Below, one piece after another: positions 11,501 to 21,810 of a stretch of 64,000 nucleotides of DNA. The notes below the pieces were generated by a model. It was not told where the DNA came from. It saw only the letters and a list, made by a program, of their open reading frames with translations, and made no database searches. A program made the position numbers and the translations under genes. Every line of letters begins with the position of its first letter. The first letter of the stretch is position 1. This stretch comes from Squalus acanthias (taxonomy: Eukaryota): contig CM059449.1 of assembly GCA_030390025.1 (NCBI GenBank), positions 2,232,001 to 2,296,000 on the forward strand, read 5' to 3'.

Positions 11501-11692
11501 AGTTTAAACCCCCCTGAAGAGCCGTAGCAAATTTCCCTCCCAGGATATTGGTGCCCCTCTGGTTCAGGTGCAAACCGTCCTGTTTGTACAGGTCCCACCT
11601 TCCCCAGAATGTGCTCCAATTATCCACATAACTGAAACCCTCCCCCCTACACCATCCCTGCAGCCACGTGTTTATCTGCACTCTCTCCCTGT
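8521..11692 (-). mobile_element. CR1-D: 5'-truncated CR1 (end of ORF1 plus complete ORF2 with one frameshift near 9990)
   Basis: ORFs 11499-11681 (ORF1 end DGLHL...GGLN*), 9913-11619 (APE) and 8601-9995 (RT). It has an extra C at ~9990 relative to the sister copy at ~43255. Confidence 0.95.
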
Positions 11693-11726
11693 TTTATCCA
11701 CGTTATATTCCATCTGCCATGTTCTC

Positions 11727-12512
11727 GAAAAGTGCGAAGTGATACGTTTTGGTAGGAAGAATGAGGAGAGGCAATATAAACTAAACGGCACAATCCTAAA
11801 GGGGGTGCATGAACAGAGAGACCTGGGTTATATGTGCACAAATTGTTGAAGGTGGCAGGGCAGATTCAGAAAGCAGTTGAAAAAAGCATACGGGATCCTG
11901 GGCTTCACGAATAGAGGTATAGAGTACAAAAGCAAGGGAGTTATGATGAACCTTTGTAAAACACTGGTTCGACCTCAACTGGAGTATTGTCTGCAATTCT
12001 GGGCACCACACTTTAGGAAGGATGTGAGGCCTTAGAGAGGGTGCAGAAAAGATTTACGAGAATGATTCCAGGGATGAGGGACTTCAGTTACGTGGATAGA
12101 CTAGAGAAGCTGGGGTTGTTCTCCTTAGAGCAGAGAAGGTTGAGAGGAGATGTGATAGAGGAGTTACAAATGATGAGGGGTCTAGACAGAGTAGATAGAG
12201 AGAAACTGTTCCCACTGATGGAAGGGTCGAGAACCTGTGGGCACAGTTTTAAGGTGATTGGCAGAAGAACCAAAGACGACATGAGGAAAAACCTTTTTTA
12301 CACAGCGAGTGGTTAGAATCTGGAATGCACTGCCTGAAAGGGTGGTGGAGGCAGATTCAATCGTGGCTTTCAAAAGGGAGTTGGATAAGTACCTGAAGGA
12401 AAATAATTTGCAGGGCTACGGGGAAAGGGACCAGCTGAAGTGCTCTTGCAGAGAGCCAGCACAGGCTTGACGGGCTGAATGGCCTCTTTCTGTGCTGTAA
12501 CCAGTCTATGAT
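11727..12512 (+). mobile_element. CR1-A, 3' half
   Basis: Resumes EKCEVIRFGRKN directly from 2956 and ends with a CR1 3' UTR. Confidence 0.9.
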
Positions 12513-13160
12513 TCATCTACAAGACCTGGTTTGATTACTTACTACACGATCCCCTCCCAGCACCCACAACATGCTCATATCCCGCTCCACCTGAAGATTT
12601 CTTTTGGTTTTGACTTCACGTATGGAATGCCCGCAGGAGACGGAGTAGTCTTAAATAAATGTTTAAATTTAATTGAACTAGAAAACAAAGGAATTACATA
12701 CAACACGGTTAACCATTCCTCCTATGTCACTGACAGCAATTTCAGGGCTGTTTCTGTTTATAGCATTTCTACTGCAGCAAGCATCAGTTTTTCAAAATGA
12801 TGGAAAACGTGCATCTAAAATGTAACCTGTTGTAAGTTCACATGTAAGGATTTTTTCTTGTGTGTTAGGTGGTGTGAAACAGGTAGAGCTGGAGGTATCC
12901 AGCACAGAGAGACTGTGAAACTCCACTGGAATATGGAACAGCAATTCAGAGTTCTGCAGCCGAATGCAGGCTTTCCCAGTCCCGGATCAGTAAGTGATGG
13001 TTTGTACTGTGATGTATTTTAGTGAAATGGAACGCAGTGATATTAAATCACTGTTACTGCGAGATTATGGATCATCTTATTCTGGACAATTATAAGAAAA
13101 AATGATTTTCTGTATATTTCAGTGTTTACACAATTCTAAACATTTTTTGTAAGATGTTAC

Positions 13161-13310
13161 CTTTCAATTCTTTCCATGTATAGAAAACACCGTTCCATCG
13201 TTCAAACCAGTAGAGAAGAGCTGCAATTATTAGAATTGCATTCAGAAGTGTGAATATCCAGAAAGCCACACTCCATCCTGAAACTCCCATCTCCTGAGGG
13301 AAAAACTCAT
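13161..13310 (-). CDS. Butyrophilin/B7-like gene, transmembrane exon
   Basis: tttatttacag|AT...AAAG|gtaac; 150 nt, phase 1-1; DEFFPQEMGVSGWSVAFWIFTLLNAILIIAALLYWFERWNGVFYTWKELK. Confidence 0.85.
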
Positions 13311-13458
13311 CTGTAAATAAACAAACAAACTTATTTCTTGTAGAACTAAGATACCATTGACATGTCAAACAATAAATCTATCAGACTGATGAATGTGTTC
13401 ATGTGAATATTTCATAAACATGTCATAAACCTTCTGTTCAGGAGGGCTCGTCACTGAC

Positions 13459-13743
13459 CTGCTATCTCAATAATCCCTTCTCTTTCCTCGAAGAGCAATC
13501 TGTTCCTTATCAGACAGGAGTAGCTTTCCCCAAGATCCTTTGTGATGTTGATGTGACTTTCGATAGTGACAGCTCCGCTGGACTCTGTAGTATTCAGGGT
13601 TTTAGACGGTGCAGAAATGTCCGGTCCATCTGTGTATCTCCAGGATACCTCAGGGGCCGGGTACCATCCACTGGATTTACACACAAGACTCCCCTCTCGC
13701 TCATGGAATCCTTCAACATGGATCTCAGGTTGACTCCCAGACA
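13459..13743 (-). CDS. Butyrophilin/B7-like gene, IgC exon
   Basis: atttatag|TG...GCAG|gtcagt; 285 nt, phase 1-1; GSQPEI..LVCKSSGWYPAPEVSW..YSCLIRN, typical of BTN/B7 IgC domains. Confidence 0.92.
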
Positions 13744-14039
13744 CTATAAATATGGAAAATAAGCTGCATATTATTTTATTGTACCAATACATCTATTGGA
13801 TCAATACGGTCCATGCAGTGTGTAATTATTGAAAGGGATGGTTCAGGAGAGGATTTTTAAACAGGGTTTTGTTCCAGAACGGATCGCTGTTCTTGACCTC
13901 TGCCATCAGTTGGTACAGATGTGGTACTGGATCTAAATTGTGATAATTGCAGTGGGACGTTTGTGCTGGTCCTGACCCACAAACTAATAGATTTATTGAA
14001 TTCAGTTTCAATAACTGTCATGGAGAGGGGGGGGGGGGG

Positions 14040-14105
14040 GGGGCGGGGGATTTGAACTCTCAACCTCTGGTTACCAGACCAGCACATAAACACCAGGCTA
14101 CCAGA
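14040..14105 (-). mobile_element. tRNA-derived SINE head remnant
   Basis: Reverse complement has TAGCCTGGTG (A-box-like) and GAGTTCAAATCC (B-box). Confidence 0.45.
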
Positions 14106-14289
14106 TCCAGACAGATTCACTCCTCTCTTCGTTGAACAGAATGTTACGGTTTACCAGAGAAAATAATGTTTATTTCAGTGGAATAATCCATTTACTTTCA
14201 CAATAAACTACAAATTCATGCTCACTGGCAGAAACATTAATCTGTGCGTAATAACAAACTTTTATATTTCAGATTCTGATGTGTGTGAC

Positions 14290-15180
14290 TGGAAGGATGA
14301 ATGAGGAGAGGCAATTTTTAAAAAAATGGTACAATTTTCAAGGGGGTACCGGATTAGAGAAACCTGGGGTTCACATACGCAAATCCTTGAGAGTTGCAGG
14401 ACAAGCTGATAAGCCTGTTAAGAAACCATACGGGACCCTTGGCTTTATAATCACTTCACCTGAGGAAGGGGCAATCGATAGCTCCGAAAGCTTGTGATTT
14501 CAAATAAAACTGTTGGACTATAACCTGGTGTTGTGCGACCTCTCAATTTTATAATTAGAGGCACAGAGTACAAAAGCAAGGAAGCTATGCTAAACCTTTA
14601 TAAAACACTGGTTAGGCATCAGCTAGAAAATTGTGGCCAATTCTGGGCATCACACTTTTGGAAACATGTCAAGGCCTTGGAGAGGGTGCAGAGGAGATTT
14701 CCCAGAATGGCACCAGGGATGAGGAACTTCATTTATTTGGAGAGATTGGAGAAGCTGGGATTGTTCTCCTTAGACCAAAAAGGTTATGGGGAGATTTGAT
14801 CGAGGAGTTCAAAATTATGAAGGGTATTGTTAGAGTAAATCAGGAGAAACTGTTTGCACTGGCTGGCGGGTCAGTTACCAGAGGACACAGATAGAAAGGT
14901 AATTGGCAAAATAACAGAGGGAAACATTAGGAGAATTTGTTTTTTTTTTTACGCAGTGAGTTATGATGTTCTGGAATGCACTGCCTGAAAGGACGGTGGA
15001 AGCAGATTCAATAGAAACTTTCAAAATGGATTTGGATAAATACTTGAAAAGGAAAAGATTGCAGGGCTATGGGGAAAGAGCAGGGGAGTGGGATTAATTG
15101 GTGAGCTCTTTCAAAGAGCCGGCACAGGCACAATGGGCCGAATGGCCTCCTTCTGTGCTGTGTGATTCTATTATTCTATA
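14290..15180 (+). mobile_element. Degraded CR1 3' fragment
   Basis: RGTEYKSKEAMLNLYKTLVR..ALERVQRRF and a CR1 3' UTR. Confidence 0.85.
14452..14547 (+). mobile_element. Short Penelope pLTR with hammerhead motif, inserted in CR1
   Basis: TCAC-CTGAGGA-A-GGGGC..GCTCC-GAAA-GCTT-GTGA. TSD TTTATAAT at 14444-14451 and 14548-14555. Confidence 0.8.
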
Positions 15181-15489
15181 AAACCAGTTTTCCTGTATTA
15201 AAAAGGTATTTACACATCTGGTTTAATGCACAAGTGTCAATGTTTCCTGGTTAATCCCTATATTTAGGCCGGAAAACTGCTCCCATCAGGCATCAGCAGT
15301 TAACGGAGAATGTGAATGTTTGGAATTTGTCTCTTTCTACTTTCTCCAGATCATCTGAAGCTTTTTTTGGGAGGCCTCACTTTGATATTGTTCCGAACGG
15401 GTGTGAAGGGCCAAGGCCCAGACAGGAGGCCTCCACCATGGTACAGAACAGACTAGAGAGGATGCAAATCATGAAGCTGTGATCAGGGG

Positions 15490-15620
15490 AGGCCACACTT
15501 GAGTTTTTAAAAGCCGTAGATTGTAGGAGGAGGAGAAAGCTGAGGGAGGCCAGGTGTTCCACAGCTCTGCAGTCCTGGGAAAGAATGAGTTACAGTCAGA
15601 CTCAGTGGGTGACTCGGACT
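15490..15620 (-). mobile_element. Old LINE ORF2 C-terminal remnant
   Basis: NSFFPRTAELWN resembles the SFFPR..LWNSLP motif of CR1/L2-group LINEs. Confidence 0.45.
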
Positions 15621-16019
15621 CCAACACGGTGAGGATCTGAAATCCGCTCAGGCTAAACACACTTGATCCTCAATGGATTAACAAAGAGATTGAAGTGAAA
15701 TAAGAGGAGAAATGGCTATAAATCCTGCAGGGAGAAAGGAGAAGGGGTTCACTGGGATGACTATAGGAATGTGCAGGAACACGTTCAGCAGGTGATGAGA
15801 AGGGCCAGGAGAGGTCTCGGAATATACACAACAGCTGAAGTGAAACATTACAGTAAAAAAAACCTCAGTCCTACAGCAGTGGCAGGAATGTCAGAGAATC
15901 GGTGAAAACCATAAATGATTCAAACAATATCAGAACTGGGGGCAAGCACAAAATAGGAAATATTCTGAATCATCATTTCCTTGAAGTATTCATAAGGGAA
16001 AATGAACAACATTCTCTTC

Positions 16020-16285
16020 CCCGACCCCCGAACTAAATGGCTAAAAACAGTAGAATACATGTCAGAGGAAGTCACGATCAAACTGCACGGTGCTCTGGTC
16101 AGCGCCCACCTTGAAAACTGTGTCCAGTTCTGGCCATTGAGAAACAAGGGAGACATTTGAACACTGGAGGCAGATCGGAGAAGATCCACCAGACTCATCC
16201 CCAGTGTCAGGGGTCTGAGTGACGGGAAAAGACTGGAGAAACCTGGGATTTGCACCTGGAAAGGAAGCTTCTGAGAGGGGACCTT
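16020..16285 (+). mobile_element. Old CR1 fragment split by CR1-E (continues at 19648-19940)
   Basis: ALVSAHLENCVQFW-like coding; ...GAGAGGGGACCTT joins to GTCGAGGTA.. at 19648; CCTT is present at both junctions. Confidence 0.7.
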
Positions 16286-19200
16286 AGAGTCATAGTCATA
16301 CAGCACAGAAAGAGGCCCTTCAGCCCATCGTGTCCGCGCCGGCCATCAAGCCCTGTCTATTCTAATCCCATTTTCCAGCACTTGGTCCGTAGCCTTGTAT
16401 GCTATGGCGTTTCAAGTGCTCATCTAAATGCTTCTTGAATGTTGTGAGGGTTCCTGCCTCTACCAACCTTTCAGGCAGTGAGTTCCAGATTCCAACCACT
16501 CTCTGGGTGAAAAAGTTTTTCCTCAAATCCCCTCGAAACCTCCTGCCCCTTACCTTGAAACTATGCCCCCTGGTTATTGACCCCTCTACTAAGGGGAAAA
16601 GTTCCTTTCTATCTACCCTATCTATGCTCCTCATAATTTTGTACACCTCAATCAGGTCCCCCCTCAGCCTTCTCTGCTCCAAGGAAAACAACCCCAGCTT
16701 GTCCAGTCTCTCTTCATAGCTGAAGCGCTCCAACCCAGGTAACATCCTGGTGAATCTCCTCTGCACCCTCTCCAATGCAATCACATCCTTCCTATAGTGT
16801 GGCATCCAGAACTGCACACAGTATTCCAGCTGTGGCCTAACTAGCATTTTGTTCAGCTCCATCATAACCTTCCTGCTCTTATATTCTATGCCTCGGCTAA
16901 TGAAGGCAAGTATCCCATATGCCTTTTTAACCACCTTATCTACCTGTCCTGCTGCCTTCAGGGATCTATGTACATGCACACCAAGGTCCCTCTGATCCTC
17001 TGTCCTTCCTAGGGTCCTACCATTCATTGTGTATTCCCTTGCCTTGTTAGTCCTCCCAAAATGCATCACCTCACACTTTTCAGGGTTAAATTCCATTTGT
17101 CACTGTTCTGCCCATCTGACCAACCCGTCTATATCGTCCTGTCGTCTGAGGCTTCTCTCCTCGCTATTTACCACTCCACCAATTTTCATGTCATCTGTGA
17201 ATTTACTGATCATACCTCCTACATTCATATCTAAATCATTAATGAACACTACAAACAGCAAAGGACCCAGCACCGCGGTATCCCTGCGGTACACCACTGG
17301 ACACAGGCTTCCAGTCACAAAAACAACCTTCGACCATCACCCTCTGCCTCCTGCCACTAAGCTAATTTTGGATCCAATGTGCCAAATTGCCCTGGATCCC
17401 ATGGGCTCTTACCTTCTTGACCAGTCTACCATGCGGGACTTTGTCAAAAGCCTTACTGAAGTCCATGTAGACTACATCAGCAGCACTACCCTCATCCATG
17501 CACCTAGTCACCCTCTCAAAAAATTCAATCAAATTGGTTAGACATGATCTCCCCCTGACAAAGCCATGCTGACTATCCTTGATTAATCCCTGCCTCTCCA
17601 AGTGGAGACTAATTCTGTCCCTCAGAATTTTTTCCAATAATTTCCCTACCACTGATGTTAGGCTCACTGGCCTGCAATTCCCTGGTTTATCGCTACTACC
17701 CTTCTTGAATAATGGCACTACGTTAGCTGTCCTCCAGTCCTCTGGCACCTCCCCTGTGGCCAGAGAGGATCTGAAAATTTGTGTCAGAGCCCCTGCAATC
17801 TCCTCCCTTGCCTCACACAGCAGCCTGGGATACATCTCGTCTGGGCCTGGGGATTTATCCACTTTTAAGCCCGCTAAAACCGCTAGTACCTCCTCCCTCT
17901 CAATATTAAATTGTTCAAGTATATCACAATCCCCCTGCCTGATTTCTATGCCTACATCGTCCTTCTCGATAGTGAACACAGATGCAAAATATTCATATAA
18001 AACCTCACCCACATTTCTGGCTCTACACACAGATTGCCACTTTGGTCCCAAATGGGCCCTACTCTTTCCCTGGTTATCCTCTTGCCCTTAATATACTTAT
18101 AAAACACCTTGGGATTTTCCTTTATTTTGCCCGCCAGTGTTTTTTTATGCCCCCTCTTCGCTCTCCTAATTTCTTTTTTAAGTACTGCCCTGCACTTTCT
18201 ATATTCCTCTGGGGCTTCCACTGTTTTTAGTCCTTTGTATCTGCCAAAAGCCTCCCTTTTTTTCCTAATCCATTCTTGTATATCCCTTGACAGCCAGGGT
18301 TCCTTGGGCTTGTTGGTCCGACCCTTGACCTTTACGGGAACATGTTGGCGTTGTACTCTCTCTCTTTCCTTTCTGAAAGACTCCCACTGCTCTGATGTGG
18401 TTTTTCCTACAAGTAGCTGATCCCAGTCCACTTTGGCCAGATCCTGCCTTATCTTTAAAATCGGCCTTCCCCCAATTTAGAACCTTTATTTCCGGTCCAT
18501 CTTTGTCCTTTTCCATGACTACCTTAAATCTCACCGAATTATGGTCACCGTCACCAAAATGCTCTCCTACTGACACTTCTACCACTTGCCTGGCTACATT
18601 CCCTAGAATTAGGTCCAGTACCACCCCCTCTCTTGTAGGACTTTCTACATGCTGGCTCAAAAAGCTCTCCTGGATGCACTTTCAGAATTCCGCACCCTCT
18701 AAGCCTTTCATACTCTGACTATCCCAGTTAATATTGGGGAAGTTGAAATCCCCTACTATTATTACCCTATTATTTCTACACTTCTGAGATTTGCCTACAT
18801 ATCTGTTCCTCTATCTCCCCCTGACTGTTTGGGGGCCTATAGTACATGCCCAGCAAAGTGCTTGCCCCCTTTTTGTTTTTAAGTTCCACCCATATGGCCT
18901 CATTTAGAGGAACCTGCTGAGATATCATCCCTCCTTACAGCAGTAATTGACTCCTTGATTAATATTGCGACACCCCCTCCTCTTTTACACCCCCCTCTGT
19001 CTCGCCTGAAGATTCTATACCCCGGAATATTGAGCTGCCAGTCCTGCCCCTCCCTCAACCATGTCTCTGTGATAGCAACAATATCATACTCCCATGTGTT
19101 TATCAACACCTTCAATTCATCTGCCTTACTCGCAAGACTCCTTGCATTAAAATAAATGCCATCCAGCCTTGCCATACTCCCTTGTGCCGTTACATATTTG

Positions 19201-19647
19201 CTCTGCCTTCCAGGCTGACTTGTTTTTTCCTCTATATTTGGCTGTGCATCACCCCCTACTATAGCTCCACTCTGTATCCCATCCCCCTGCCAAGTTAGTT
19301 TAAACCCCGCCCCCCAACAGCACTAGCAAACCTCCCCGCAAGGATGCTGGTCCCGTTCCGGTTCAGGTGCAACCTGTCCGACTTGAACAGACTCAGTCAT
19401 CCAGGAAACTAAAGCTCTCCCTCCTGCACCAACTCTTTAGCCACGCATTCATCAGCTCCATCCTCCTATTCCTATACTCACTAGCACGTGGCACCGGGAG
19501 TAATCCAGAGATTACAACCTTTGAGGTCCTGCTTTTTAATCTGCTACCTAGCTCCCTAAATTCTTGTTGCAGGACCTCATCCCTCTTTCTACCCATGTCG
19601 TTGGTACCAATGTGAACCACGACCTCTGACTGTTCGCCATCCCCCTT
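16286..19647 (-). mobile_element. CR1-E: 5'-truncated, frameshifted CR1 (ORF1 esterase part plus ORF2) in the IgV-IgC intron
   Basis: Minus ORFs 19393-19620 (HIGTND), 18900-19175, 18265-18660, 17952-18431, 17362-18051 and 16362-17096. Confidence 0.93.
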
Positions 19648-20319
19648 GTCGAGGTAGATATAGGTAGTTAAAGGAACGGAAAAGGTAAAGCTGAAATATT
19701 ATTTTAAATTGTGAGAGTGGGACAAGTGAACACTAGTAAAAGGTAAATGTGAGACTGGTAACAGCCAGTTCATCAAACAAAGAGTGATGAACACATGGAA
19801 TGAACTCTGGACAGAGTGGTGGAGGAGAAAACCCTGGAGAGGTTTAAGAAACAATTGGAGGACAATGGAGGAAGTTCGGGTCTTTCTGGTTAAAATATTA
19901 TGGGCCGAACGGCCTTCCTCATCTGTAATTATCTTGTGATCGGAGGAGGAGGAGGAGGGAATCTCAGGCCATGAGATAAAGTGTTGGGCCAGAGTCCCAG
20001 TGACACGTTCTACAGTGAATCTACACCCACAGTGAGCACCGTGCAGATTGAGAGGTAGAAGATCCCCAGTGTTCCCGAGACTGATTGTTCAGAATGAGAG
20101 TGAACGGATCGAGCACGGTTTCATTCCCTCCACAATCCAATCACAATACGGAACATTAACTCCATGTACTCAAACTGAAGCAGCAACAACAGTTAAGGAT
20201 CAATGTTGGTACTCTCTGTTTATAAATTAATTAAAAAGACATGTTACACGGGGATGTAAATTTCAGAATATTTTTTGGTGACTATATTCACAGATTCAGT
20301 TCTCTGTATCAATACCTAC

Positions 20320-20661
20320 CAGCTACTGTTAGTTCTGCATCTCCTGCCTGTCCCCAAGAACTGGAGCTCACAAGGCATCTGTAGATACCCTCATCGGAGA
20401 TATGGACATTGCTTAGACGGAGAGAGATATTTCCCTGATCGAATTTGTCCGTAAAGAGCTCAGTCCTTCCATGATAGTTGATTGACTTTGCACGATTGAT
20501 TCCATTTTTAATTAAAACTACAGTTTCAAGGGTATCTGCTTTGAACCATTCCAGTTCCATACTCAGAGGGTCAAAGCTCTTTGTGACCCGACAGTTCAGC
20601 GTGACGCTACTACCCACGGTCACTAGTACTGGGCTGTCTGCACCGGTCACTTCGAAGTCTC
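20320..20661 (-). CDS. Butyrophilin/B7-like gene, IgV exon
   Basis: cagttacag|GA...GCTG|gtaggt; 342 nt, phase 1-1; DFEVTG..VTLNC..LEWFK..YHGRTELF..GNISLRLSNVHISDEGIYRCLV (BTN/MOG-type IgV). Confidence 0.93.
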
Positions 20662-20752
20662 CTGTAACTGAAGAGTGAATAGCATTTAAATACTGTCACA
20701 GCACACATCATACAGATAATCCAGACTTCATGCCTTTAACCCAGTCTCTTAC

Positions 20753-20810
20753 CTGCTGCTGTAATCTGAATCTGTAACAATAGGAATGACGCCAGTAGGC
20801 GATTCTCCAT
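20753..20810 (-). CDS. Butyrophilin/B7-like gene, signal-peptide exon (exon begins at 20818)
   Basis: aatttacag|GGTCCACA ATG; MENRLLASFLLLQIQITAA-G|gtaaga; a 91-bp intron keeps frame with the IgV exon. Confidence 0.88.
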
Positions 20811-20889
20811 TGTGGACCCTGTAAATTAGATCAGAGTTACCTGGATCAGTCACCCATTGTTTTCAATCTGCATTATTAACCATGTACAG

Positions 20890-21475
20890 CAGGACCATGG
20901 GCCATGTACAGCAGGCACCTCAAAGCACTGGAGAGGTACCACCAATGCTGCCTCCGCAAGATCCTGCAAATCCATTGGCAGGATAGGCGCACCAACGTAA
21001 TTGTTCTCGCTCAGGCCAACATCCTCAGCATCGAAACTTTGACCACGCTCGATCAGCTCCAATGGACGGGTCACATTGTCTGCATGCCCGATACGAGACT
21101 CCCAAAACAAGCGCTCTACTCGGAGCTCTGACACAGTCAGTGAGCCCCAGGTGGGCAGAGGAAACGCTTCAAGGACACCCTCAAAGCCTCCTTGAAAAAG
21201 TGCAACATCCCCACCGACACCTGGGAATCCCTGGCCCAAGACCGCACAAAGTAGAGGAGAAGCATCCGGGAAGGCACCAAACACCTCGAGTCTCTTCGCC
21301 GGGAGCAAGCGGAAGCCAAGCGCAAGTCAACCCAAGCACCCCACCCACCCGCCCCTTCAACCACCGTCTGCCCCACCTGTGACAGAGACTGTAGGTCCCG
21401 CATTGGACTCGTGAGAACTCATTTTTAATGTGGAAGCAAGTCATCCTTGGTTCCGAGGGACTGCCTAAAAAGAAG
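20890..21475 (+). mobile_element. RTE-clade LINE 3' fragment
   Basis: LERYHQCCLRKILQIHWQDRRTN..LQWTGHIVCMPDTRLPKQALYSEL is the RTE ORF C-terminal signature. Confidence 0.85.
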
Positions 21476-21810
21476 CAGCAGCATTATTAACACCCTTTTC
21501 ATATCACTGACAATAATTCTCATATCTTGATGTGAAAGGAAGAAATAGCTGGATGCTGTAACAGGAAGAAGGCAGGCTGGTATTCCAGAAAGATAAAGAG
21601 AATTGAGCTGAAGAACTCTCTTCATTCAAACCTGTCTGGGCGGCGAGTAAGATTTCTTGAAAATAACAGCATGACCCTGATGTTTTATTTCAGTGTGTTG
21701 CAGAAATGTGTGGGGTTCTATCCAGTAATCAGTCCTGCTCACTGATCAGAGTAATAAATGTATGACTATAGGAAGGAGACAATGCAGAAATGTCTCTTTT
21801 GTAGAAAACA

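Noticed and set aside
12720-12815. Possible terminal exon of the BTN-like gene (DARFPSF*)
   Set aside because: Weak acceptor, and the region resembles the internal sequence of the transposon at ~63050-63075.
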